Source: a virus (taxonomy: Duplodnaviria > Caudoviricetes). From it: 40,018 bases of DNA. The translations under genes were made by a program, and so were the position numbers. Positions 27,906 to 35,263 of the stretch are shown here, piece by piece. Location: IMG/VR virus record IMGVR_UViG_3300038406_000217, positions 1 to 40,018 of that record; one strand, written 5' to 3'. The stretch's first letter is position 1, and every line of letters starts with the position of its first letter. Below the pieces are notes generated by a model. It was given only the letters and a program-made list of their open reading frames with translations. It was not told where the DNA came from and did not search any database.

Positions 27906-30053
27906 ATGACCTTCCCCGTAGATCCACTCGATGTGACGATCGAGGCGGCGTTCGGTGCCGACCGGACCGCCGCCCCCGGCACCTGGACGTGGACCGACCT
28001 CACCGGCCGGTGGCACCCGAGGTCGGATCTGCGGGTACGGACCGGACGCCGGGAAGGTGCGCGGCAGGCCGAGGCCGGCGAGATCACCTTCACCCTGGGG
28101 AACACCGACGGGCAGGTCACCCCGGAAGATCCCCGTAGCCAATGGTGGCCACATGTGGACGAGGGGCTGCCGGTGCGGGTCACCCTCGACCCGGGGGTGG
28201 GTGACCCGCAGGTATTCGGCGGCCTGGTGGCGTCGCTGCGGCCGCACTGGCCAGGCGGGTCAGCCCGCCTGGCCAGGGTCGACGTGGTCGCCTCCGGGCC
28301 GCTGCGGGCCACCGGCCGCGGCGAGCAGCCGCTGCCTTCGGCGCTGCGCCGCCACATCACCGGCTCCAACGTCGACCCGATCACGTACTGGGCGTTGAAC
28401 GGCGGCGCGCTGTCCACCGCCGGGCTGCTCACCGCCGGCCGCGGCGGGTCGATGCGGCCGCTGACCGGCGCGGTCAAGTGGTCGGCCGGCCAGGTGGCGC
28501 CGTGGCTGGAGCCGGGCGTCGCCATCGAAGGCGACGCCACGATCGTCGGCTCCGTCACCGGAAGCATGTCGCAGGCCCCGGCCGCGTCGATCGTCACACA
28601 CATGCGGCAGGCCGACGGCGGCGGCGACGGCCCATCCACACTGGATATCCGCGGCAACACCGACGGCGGCGGCAGCCGGTGGCTGATCACCTTCACCCCG
28701 GCCACCAGCGACATCCAGGTGCAGCTGCTCCACGACGGCGCGTCGGTGTTCGTCGACAACGTCACCTACGAGCCGCTGTTCAACAACGACCCGCACTGGC
28801 TGAGCTTCGCCGCGTTCGCCAGCGCCGGGAACATCTCCTGGCAGCTCACGGTCGACGGCACCATTGCGATCTCCGGCGTGGAGGTGTCGCAGCCGCTCAC
28901 CGGTGTGGGGGCGGTCAGGTTGTCCTACGCCCCGGGCGCCGGCGGCGGCACCCCGCTGGCGCTGTCGCACGTGGCCGTGTGGGATGAGAGCCTGTCGGGG
29001 CTGGCACCGGCCGCAGCCGGGTGGACCGGCGAACACGCCGGGTTCCGCGCCCTGCGGATCTGCGCAGAGAACGACATCCCGTTCGAGCTGATAGGTGACA
29101 CCGACGACACGGAGCTGATGGGGCCGCAGTACCCGGCCGCCCTGGTCGACGTGTTACGCGCCTGCGAGGCGGCCGACGACGGCATACTGTCCGAAGCCGG
29201 GTTCGGCTACCGGTACCGCACCCGCGCCTCCCGCTACAACCAGAGCCCGGCGTTGACCATCGACGCTGCGCTGCGGCAGCTGGGGCGGGCGTTCGAGCCG
29301 ATCCGTGACGACCAGCGGGTGCGGAACGAGTGGACGGTCAGCCGCCGCGACGGCGGTGAGGCTACCGCGCTCGACATCGCCGACCAGGTCCGCCGCGGGC
29401 GTAAGGACGACAGCCTCGACGTGGAGGCCCCTGACGATATGCGGCTGGCTGACCGGGCCAACTGGGAGCTGACCCGCTCGGTCGGCCGCACACTGCGGTA
29501 CCCGGTGCTGGAGATCCCGCTGCACGCCGCACCCGGGCTGGTCGAACAGGCGGCCGCGGCCCGGCTGGGGGACCGGGTGCAGGTGCTCAACCCGCCGACG
29601 CAGCATCCACCCGGCCCGGTCGACCAGGTGATCGAGGGTATCGAGCACACGGTGCGGGGCCGGCGGCACTGGACCTGGCAGGCGGTCGTCACCCCCGCCG
29701 CCCCGTGGACCGTCGGGGCGTACGCCGGCGACGCGGAGGAGCCGGACCCGGACACGCCGATGCGCTACTCCCCCTACGACTCCCGAACCTCCGCCGCCTT
29801 CGAGGTGGGCACCGACACCAGCCTGGAGGTCACCGACCAGACCGGCGGCAACGACCTGTGGTCCACCGTGGCCGACTTCCCGTTCGATATCCGGGTGCGT
29901 GGCTGCCGGCTGCGGGTGACCGCGATCAGTGCCCCGACGGGCGCGGCCCAGGCGATGACCGTGCAGCTCACCCCGGTCAACACAACCACCGGGGTGAGCA
30001 TCGACGCCGGCGAGCAGGTGGAGCTGTGGCAGCCGGCCAGGTACGCACTATGA
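27906..30053 (+). CDS. Minor tail protein (baseplate hub, LamG-like insert likely)
   Basis: WTDLT, GR....., L.N.DG..TP; YW.L; MGPQ, E.AD.G.L, N...V.R..G; follows TMP. Confidence 0.75.
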   Translation: MTFPVDPLDVTIEAAFGADRTAAPGTWTWTDLTGRWHPRSDLRVRTGRREGARQAEAGEITFTLGNTDGQVTPEDPRSQWWPHVDEGLPVRVTLDPGVGDPQVFGGLVASLRPHWPGGSARLARVDVVASGPLRATGRGEQPLPSALRRHITGSNVDPITYWALNGGALSTAGLLTAGRGGSMRPLTGAVKWSAGQVAPWLEPGVAIEGDATIVGSVTGSMSQAPAASIVTHMRQADGGGDGPSTLDIRGNTDGGGSRWLITFTPATSDIQVQLLHDGASVFVDNVTYEPLFNNDPHWLSFAAFASAGNISWQLTVDGTIAISGVEVSQPLTGVGAVRLSYAPGAGGGTPLALSHVAVWDESLSGLAPAAAGWTGEHAGFRALRICAENDIPFELIGDTDDTELMGPQYPAALVDVLRACEAADDGILSEAGFGYRYRTRASRYNQSPALTIDAALRQLGRAFEPIRDDQRVRNEWTVSRRDGGEATALDIADQVRRGRKDDSLDVEAPDDMRLADRANWELTRSVGRTLRYPVLEIPLHAAPGLVEQAAAARLGDRVQVLNPPTQHPPGPVDQVIEGIEHTVRGRRHWTWQAVVTPAAPWTVGAYAGDAEEPDPDTPMRYSPYDSRTSAAFEVGTDTSLEVTDQTGGNDLWSTVADFPFDIRVRGCRLRVTAISAPTGAAQAMTVQLTPVNTTTGVSIDAGEQVELWQPARYAL

Positions 30054-30062
30054 GGAGTGGCT

Positions 30063-30506
30063 ATGCCGCTTGCGGGTGACACGATCCGGGCGTTGGACTT
30101 CCCGGCCGCGGCCGAGAACGAGGCGACCACCGACATCACCGGGATCAGCTCCACCACCTACATCCCGGGTGCCAGCACCTGCGAAACCGTGTTCGTTGCC
30201 GGCACCTCCGGCAAAGTCGAGATCAAGGTCAACGGCCGGATCCACAGCGACGGCACCAACCGGATCTGGCTCAGCTACGAATTGTACGAGGGTGCCTCCG
30301 CGGCCGGGACGCTGATCCAAGCCGGCGAAGACAACAACGCCATATCCACAAAGACCTCCGGTGCGGAGGAAGGGCAGAGCCAGTCCAAGATACACACCGG
30401 GCTGACCGTCGGGGCAACCCACTTCGTCCGCACCGTCCACCGGGTGGCCGCCGGCTCCGGCGGTGCGGTCACACACCGGCGGATCTCCGTCGACTCAACC
30501 AACTGA
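30063..30506 (+). CDS. Minor tail protein
   Basis: RBS GAGGAG; P.AG..IRA.D, FVA.TSG.V, TGLT.G. Confidence 0.65.
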   Translation: MPLAGDTIRALDFPAAAENEATTDITGISSTTYIPGASTCETVFVAGTSGKVEIKVNGRIHSDGTNRIWLSYELYEGASAAGTLIQAGEDNNAISTKTSGAEEGQSQSKIHTGLTVGATHFVRTVHRVAAGSGGAVTHRRISVDSTN

Positions 30507-30520
30507 GAGGAGACCGGTCG

Positions 30521-31408
30521 GTGAGCTACGCACCGCAGACCCTGCTCGACGCCCGCACCTACCTGCGCCCGCGCACCGGCCTGCCGTGGGCGTCGCTGGG
30601 AATCGTGGGCGACACCGCGCACGATGGCGGCTACCACTGCGGTGAGGACCGGCTGATCCCCGACGACTACTCCGCCCGCACCGCCCGCGACCGGGCCGGC
30701 CTCACCGACGCCGCCAGCGCCCTGGACATCGGCAGCTTCCCCCGGCTGGTGCTGCTGACCTCCTTCCTGACCTTCGAAGCCCGGGCCGGCCGGCTGGGCG
30801 ATGTGCGGGAGCTGATCGGCCCCGGTGGTGACGGCCGGGCCTACCGGTGGGACCACCTCGCCGGCTGGTCGCCGGTACGCCGCGCCGCCGGCGACTCACA
30901 CGAGACGCACCTGCACATCTCCTACTACCGGGACTCCGAGCGGCGCTCCAAGCTCGGCCCGTTCCAGCGGTTCTTCGAACCCAGAGAGGAAGACATGCCC
31001 CTCACCAACGACGACGTGAAGAAGATCTTCAACACCGACGGGATCATCCGCGCCCCGTCCTCGGCCGCCACCGCCGGCACCAACCAGTTCTGGACCGCCG
31101 CCAGCTACCTGGCCAGCATCCGCAACTGGGCAGTCGCCGCGGCCGAACGGGCCGCCAAGATCGAAGCCCGGCAGGTCGCCATCCTGGCCGCAGTCACCGA
31201 TGACGACACGGCGGCCCAGATCGAGGGGTCGCTGACCGCCTTCCGGACCGTGCTGCTCGAGCAGCTCGGTGAGGTGCTAGTGCCGGCTGTGCTGGCCGGG
31301 CTACGCGAGCAGCTCGACGACGTCGCCGACGAGCGGCTGGTCGCCGCCGCGGAGGCCGGCGTCCGGGCCGCGCTGGGCGGGCTGGACCAGCCAACCGAGC
31401 AGGTCTGA
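30521..31408 (+). CDS. Endolysin (Zn-peptidase-like catalytic domain)
   Basis: GIVGD.AH..GYH, ASALDI, H..HLHIS, then EEDMP linker and helical C-terminus; heads the lysis cassette. Confidence 0.7.
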   Translation: MSYAPQTLLDARTYLRPRTGLPWASLGIVGDTAHDGGYHCGEDRLIPDDYSARTARDRAGLTDAASALDIGSFPRLVLLTSFLTFEARAGRLGDVRELIGPGGDGRAYRWDHLAGWSPVRRAAGDSHETHLHISYYRDSERRSKLGPFQRFFEPREEDMPLTNDDVKKIFNTDGIIRAPSSAATAGTNQFWTAASYLASIRNWAVAAAERAAKIEARQVAILAAVTDDDTAAQIEGSLTAFRTVLLEQLGEVLVPAVLAGLREQLDDVADERLVAAAEAGVRAALGGLDQPTEQV

Positions 31409-31418
31409 GCGTCGCTGT

Positions 31419-31688
31419 GTGGGTGAGATCGCGGCACTCGTCTCGGCTGGCGGCGCCGGCGTGCTCGTCATCGTCGTCGGCTACCTGCTGCGGTCCAACC
31501 GGGAGGACCGCAAGCAGTACGAGGAGGCGATCGACCGGGCCGAGCGGCGCGCCGACGCGGCCGAAGCGCGTTCGCGGTCCTCACGCGAACGCACCGAGCA
31601 GGCCCGGCAGGCGCGGTACGCGGCCGAGGAGAAGCTTGCCGAGGCCCGCGCCGAGCTGGCCGCGCTGCGCCGCCAGGGGGCGCTGTGA
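31419..31688 (+). CDS. Lysis-cassette membrane protein (1 TM + coiled coil)
   Basis: N-terminal hydrophobic helix then charged heptads. Confidence 0.7.
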   Translation: MGEIAALVSAGGAGVLVIVVGYLLRSNREDRKQYEEAIDRAERRADAAEARSRSSRERTEQARQARYAAEEKLAEARAELAALRRQGAL

Positions 31689-32263
31689 GCCCTGACACCA
31701 CCCGCAAGCTGACGGAGGTGGCGCGGCGGCAGAAACGGCGCACGGTGGTCGCCAGCGTGGTTGCCGGGGTGGCGCTGCTGGCGATGGGCTACGGCATCGC
31801 CACCATGACCGTACGCACGGCCGAAGAAACGGAGCGGGCCGACCGGGCGGTCACCGCGGTGGACCAGCTGTGCGGGCAGGTGCGGCAACTCGGCGGGCTG
31901 TGCGTCGTCGACCCGGCCGAGCTACGCGGGGAACAGGGCGCGCCCGGCCCGCCCGGGCCACAAGGGTTACAAGGGTTACAAGGGTTACGAGGGCCGGCCG
32001 GCGCCCCAGGTGAGCGGGGTGAACCTGGAGACCAGGGCGTGCCAGGTGAGCAGGGTGAGCAGGGATTCGCAGGCCCCGACGGCCTACAAGGACCTGCCGG
32101 CCCGGCGGGACCAGCTGGTCCTGCCGGGCCTCAGGGCCTGGCCGGGCCGCCGGGGCCTGCCTGCCCCGACGGGTGGCACCAGGCGGAGCTCGTTGTGGTG
32201 ACCCCAGACGGAGGGCTACGCCGCATCCTGGCGTGCCTCCCAGACGAACAGGAGCAGAGTTGA
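31685..32263 (+). CDS. Membrane-anchored collagen-like protein
   Basis: TM helix, LC..V..LG..C, ~26 Gly-X-Y triplets, CP.GW...C. Confidence 0.8.
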   Translation: MSPDTTRKLTEVARRQKRRTVVASVVAGVALLAMGYGIATMTVRTAEETERADRAVTAVDQLCGQVRQLGGLCVVDPAELRGEQGAPGPPGPQGLQGLQGLRGPAGAPGERGEPGDQGVPGEQGEQGFAGPDGLQGPAGPAGPAGPAGPQGLAGPPGPACPDGWHQAELVVVTPDGGLRRILACLPDEQEQS

Positions 32264-32532
32264 GTCAGGTCAATGAGTACGTGCCGGATCCGAACGACAC
32301 CGAGCCGCTACGCCGGCCGGCCACCTGGACCGCGATCGCCACCGCCGTGATCGGCCTGGTGGCCGCGTTCGGGCTGGACCTGCCCCCACGCGCCGCAGCG
32401 GCGGCGCTCATCCTGGCCGGCACCGTGGGGCCGCTGCTGGTGTGGCGGTGGGGCCGCCGGCGTGCCTGGTCCGGCGCCACCGTAGCCGACATGCGGACCC
32501 GACCCGCGCCGGGCACGCAGCCGCACCGGTGA
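32260..32532 (+). CDS. Putative holin (2 TM)
   Basis: RBS AGGAG, TTG start overlapping the previous stop; EP...TM-FGLDL-TM-R.R. Confidence 0.65.
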   Translation: MSQVNEYVPDPNDTEPLRRPATWTAIATAVIGLVAAFGLDLPPRAAAAALILAGTVGPLLVWRWGRRRAWSGATVADMRTRPAPGTQPHR

Positions 32533-32534
32533 CC

Positions 32535-32564
32535 TTGACAACTGGATCGGTTGGGTGCCAGGAT
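32535..32564 (+). promoter_or_regulatory. Promoter of the CRISPR mini-array
   Basis: Consensus TTGACA, 18 nt, TG-extended CAGGAT; predicted start ~32570-71, at the first repeat. Confidence 0.6.
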
Positions 32565-32570
32565 GCCAGT

Positions 32571-32755
32571 CGTCTTCCCGGTCGCGTAGACCGGGCTCCA
32601 TTGTGGCGTGCCGGCCGAGGCACGGCGCCGGCAGGCCGCCGAGCGTCTTCCCGGTCGCGTAGACCGGGCTCCATTGCGGCGTGTCCGCGCGTTCGGCCCC
32701 GATCACCGTCGAGCCCTGCGTCTTCCCGGTCGCGTAGACCGGGCTCCATTGCGGC
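32571..32755 (+). CRISPR. Cas-less CRISPR mini-array: 3 repeats, 2 spacers (type I-G/I-U-like repeat)
   Basis: (C)GTCTTCCCGGTCGCGTAGACCGGGCTCCATTG(C/T)GGC at 32571-607, 32644-680, 32719-755; internal stem CCCGGTC/GACCGGG; unique spacers of 36 and 38 nt. Confidence 0.9.
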
Positions 32756-32770
32756 ATCGCACCCCTATGT

Positions 32771-32816
32771 GGCGGCGGCCCCCGGTCCCCCCGGCCGGGG
32801 GCCGCCGCCGCGTTTC
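32771..32816 (+). terminator. Intrinsic terminator closing the mini-array transcript
   Basis: Perfect 15-bp stem GGCGGCGGCCCCCGG / CCGGGGGCCGCCGCC, then GCGTTTC. Confidence 0.7.
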
Positions 32817-32829
32817 CGCCCGGCCCCTG

Positions 32830-32859
32830 TTGACGACCCTGCCACCGTAGGGTGATACT
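32830..32859 (+). promoter_or_regulatory. Promoter for the 32868 gene (leaderless mRNA likely)
   Basis: TTGACG-18 nt-GATACT, ATG 8 nt downstream, no SD. Confidence 0.55.
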
Positions 32860-32867
32860 CCCCGGTC

Positions 32868-33158
32868 ATGATGCAGATCGACGGCTACATGATCACAGTG
32901 TGGTGGGACGCCAGCCAGCGGACCCTACGGGCCCGCGGCACCACCAAGATCGCACGGTTGGCGCTGCTCGGCGAGCAGCACACCGACGGCGACCTGGTCC
33001 TGGCACGCGACCAGATCGCGCAGGTGCGGCACCGGCCGGCCGGTGCGCTGGTCAACGGGTCGATCACGCTGCACACCACCGCAGGCCGCAAGCACACACT
33101 GCACTTCCGGCGTAAGCACAACGACGACTTCGCCCGCCTCGCCCAGGCCCTCGAGTAA
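32868..33158 (+). CDS. Small PH-like / DUF4429-like protein (moron)
   Basis: I..V...PAGALVNG.I.L.......LHF......F..L..AL pattern; own promoter and terminator. Confidence 0.65.
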   Translation: MMQIDGYMITVWWDASQRTLRARGTTKIARLALLGEQHTDGDLVLARDQIAQVRHRPAGALVNGSITLHTTAGRKHTLHFRRKHNDDFARLAQALE

Positions 33159-33163
33159 CCAAC

Positions 33164-33213
33164 CCGCCCCGCCCCCTCCGGAACCTTCCCCGGGGGGCGG
33201 GGCGGATTTCGTT
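33164..33213 (+). terminator. Intrinsic terminator
   Basis: CCGCCCCGCCCCC / GGGGGCGGGGCGG 13-bp stem followed by ATTTCGTT. Confidence 0.7.
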
Positions 33214-33254
33214 GTCACCAAAGGGCAGCGAGGAGTGATCCGGGTCACTCCGGA

Positions 33255-33602
33255 GTGACCGGTAACGGCCGTACGGCGTTGGACCCGGTACCGGCGGGAG
33301 GAAGGATCACCAACTTCCGCCATGCCCTCCGAACCTTGACGGCCGTGGTCTACGTACCGGCGGGCCGCGCCGCGGACCGGTGGCGATACGAGTGCGCCCG
33401 GTTGTGCCTGGCGATGCGCTGGACGCTGGTGGCGCTCACCGCAGATCCGGGCACCGCGCGGCGGCTACTGGTGGAGGGCCGGGCGGTGCGGGTGGTGGTG
33501 GCCCGGCCGGCGCATGCCCGGCAGGTGCAGCTGCCGGTGGTGGTGGTTACCGACCCGACCGGCCGGCCGCAGGATCCGGGGCGGCCGCGCAGGCTGCGTT
33601 GA
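33255..33602 (+). CDS. Hypothetical protein resembling a catalytically dead serine-resolvase N-terminal fold
   Basis: AVVY, C...C....W.LV....D, G.A..VVV spacing; the YxRVS motif is absent; 3' end overlaps the integrase end. Confidence 0.45.
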   Translation: MTGNGRTALDPVPAGGRITNFRHALRTLTAVVYVPAGRAADRWRYECARLCLAMRWTLVALTADPGTARRLLVEGRAVRVVVARPAHARQVQLPVVVVTDPTGRPQDPGRPRRLR

Positions 33603-34386
33603 GCGCCGGAAGCCGGGCGACCGCCGCGGCCAGCCGGGGGCCGGCGACCAGCACATACCCGAGCGTGGTCGTGATCCGGCTGTGGCCCATGAGGACCTGA
33701 ACCTCTTCGATGCTCGCGCCGTTGGCGACCAGGGTGGTGCCGTACCAGTGCCGCAGCTGGTGGGCGGTGACGTCCACCCCGAGGGCGAGGTACTCCGCCC
33801 GCAGCCGGCCGCTGACGTAGTCGCCTGACCGGCCGGGCGCCACCGTCCCGGCCGGCAGCCCGGCGACCGCCTTCCATACCGCGGGGTGGGTGGGCACCAC
33901 GCGCGCCTTGCCGCCCTTCCCGCGGACTACCCGTAGCCGCCCCTCGGTGACGTGCTCCCGGTGCAACCCGGCGATCTCGCAGCACCGCAGCCCGGCATAG
34001 GCCGCCATCGTCGACCAGGATCGGCACGGCTGCCGGGCGCGCTGCAGGATGGTCGCCAGCTGGTCGTCGGTGCAGGGGTTCGGCAGCCCGGCCGGTTGCG
34101 GTGGGCGGCGCAGCGTCCGGGCCTCGTCCCGGTCCAGGTGCCCGGTGATGACCGCCCAGGCCGCGAAGGCGCGGAAGGCCGCGAGGTAGGTGCGTTTCGT
34201 GGCTGGATCCCGGTAGGGGGTCAGCCACATGGCGATCTCGTCGCCGGTGGCCGTGGGCACCCCGTGGGGCAGCTCCCGGTGCGCCGCCCAAAGGACAACG
34301 CCGTATGTGCGGATCGTCTTCGCGGCCCGGCCCTGCAGGGCCAGCGCCGCAAGAAAATCCTCGATCAGGTCACCGTCTGGGTTCAC
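33547..34386 (-). CDS. int: Tyrosine integrase (short, no arm-binding domain)
   Basis: AGLR..E, V.GKGGK.R.VP, HQLRH, LMGH..I.TT..Y catalytic residues. Confidence 0.92.
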   Translation of the reverse strand: MNPDGDLIEDFLAALALQGRAAKTIRTYGVVLWAAHRELPHGVPTATGDEIAMWLTPYRDPATKRTYLAAFRAFAAWAVITGHLDRDEARTLRRPPQPAGLPNPCTDDQLATILQRARQPCRSWSTMAAYAGLRCCEIAGLHREHVTEGRLRVVRGKGGKARVVPTHPAVWKAVAGLPAGTVAPGRSGDYVSGRLRAEYLALGVDVTAHQLRHWYGTTLVANGASIEEVQVLMGHSRITTTLGYVLVAGPRLAAAVARLPALNAACAAAPDPAAGRSGR

Positions 34387-34886
34387 GCTGTAGTCATCGG
34401 CCGGTCGGGGCCTTGGGGGCGTGGCCCGGCTGGGCGGGAGAGTCGGACCGGCCGGGGGTGGTGGGTGCTGGGCTGCGGGCGGGTGCTGGCCTGGTCGGGG
34501 GAGCCGGGGTGTGACCGGGTGGTCTGGGGACGGAGCTCGTTCGGGGGAGGAGAGGTGACGATGTGGGTGGATCCGGGATAGCGGGAAGTTAACCTGTGGG
34601 GGTTGGGCTCACCGGCCCGGGTGACCACCCGCGGCCGGGTCGAGACAGCCGGGGTCGGCTCGGCAACTTCGACCGGAAACAGGTCGAGCACCCGCACGTC
34701 GAGCGCCGCCGCGATCCGCTGTAGGTCGTCAAGGTCGATCGCGGTTGCGCCGGTGAGCCTGGCCGAGATCGCACTCTGGGACATGCCGGTCGCCTCTGCG
34801 AGATGCCTGCCGCTGATCCTGCGGCGTGCCAGCAGCGCTCGGATTTCCTCAGCGACCTGTGCGCTTAGCGTGGGTCTCGTCGTCAT
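34383..34886 (-). CDS. Immunity repressor (XRE HTH) with long disordered C-terminal tail
   Basis: VA.EIR..LARR.IS...LA..TGMSQSAIS.RL.G.....LDDL..IA.AL.V; divergent from cro, GTGA-coupled to int. Confidence 0.85.
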   Translation of the reverse strand: MTTRPTLSAQVAEEIRALLARRRISGRHLAEATGMSQSAISARLTGATAIDLDDLQRIAAALDVRVLDLFPVEVAEPTPAVSTRPRVVTRAGEPNPHRLTSRYPGSTHIVTSPPPNELRPQTTRSHPGSPDQASTRPQPSTHHPRPVRLSRPAGPRPQGPDRPMTTA

Positions 34887-34892
34887 GGCGAC

Positions 34893-34922
34893 ATGATGAC
34901 CCGCTGAGCGGGTCATAGGCAA
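34893..34922 (-). promoter_or_regulatory. Repressor promoter with 21-bp palindromic operator (34896-34916)
   Basis: Minus strand TTGCCT-18 nt-CATCAT, 6 nt before ATG; ATGACCCGCT-G-AGCGGGTCAT perfect inverted repeat. Confidence 0.65.
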
Positions 34923-34985
34923 CCCCTGTAGGTCATCTACGGGTCAGTCGTTCGGCTGATTCTCGGATCGGCTACCAGCCAGCCC

Positions 34986-35014
34986 TTGACGTTGCCAGAA
35001 AATCTGGTCATCGT
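34986..35014 (+). promoter_or_regulatory. Early lytic promoter with related operator (34991-35011)
   Basis: TTGACG-17 nt-CATCGT, 6 nt before the cro ATG; GTTGCCAGAAAATCTGGTCAT resembles the left operator. Confidence 0.65.
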
Positions 35015-35020
35015 GTTGGC

Positions 35021-35263
35021 ATGCCCCATAACGAGACGATCCGCCGGAAGGTGCGGGCTGAGCTGGCGTACTGGGGGATCAGCGGGCGCCAGCTGGCCGG
35101 CAAGGTCGGCATGTCACAGTCGGCGATCTCCGCCCGGCTTTCCGGTCAGGTCGAGTTCCGGATCTCGGAGCTTCAGGCCATCGCCGATGCGGTCGGGGTT
35201 CCGCTGGCCCGGTTCCTGCCCGAGCCCGTGCCCGCGCCGGAGCCGGCTGGTGACCTCCGGTGA
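35021..35263 (+). CDS. Cro-like XRE HTH regulator
   Basis: 80 aa single HTH, divergent from the repressor, first gene of the early operon. Confidence 0.85.
   Translation: MPHNETIRRKVRAELAYWGISGRQLAGKVGMSQSAISARLSGQVEFRISELQAIADAVGVPLARFLPEPVPAPEPAGDLR

Noticed and set aside
26147-28765. 872-aa minus-strand ORF and many similar long antisense or alternate-frame ORFs
   Set aside because: Shadow ORFs of high-GC coding sequence; S/R/P/A-rich, without motifs, opposite well-supported genes
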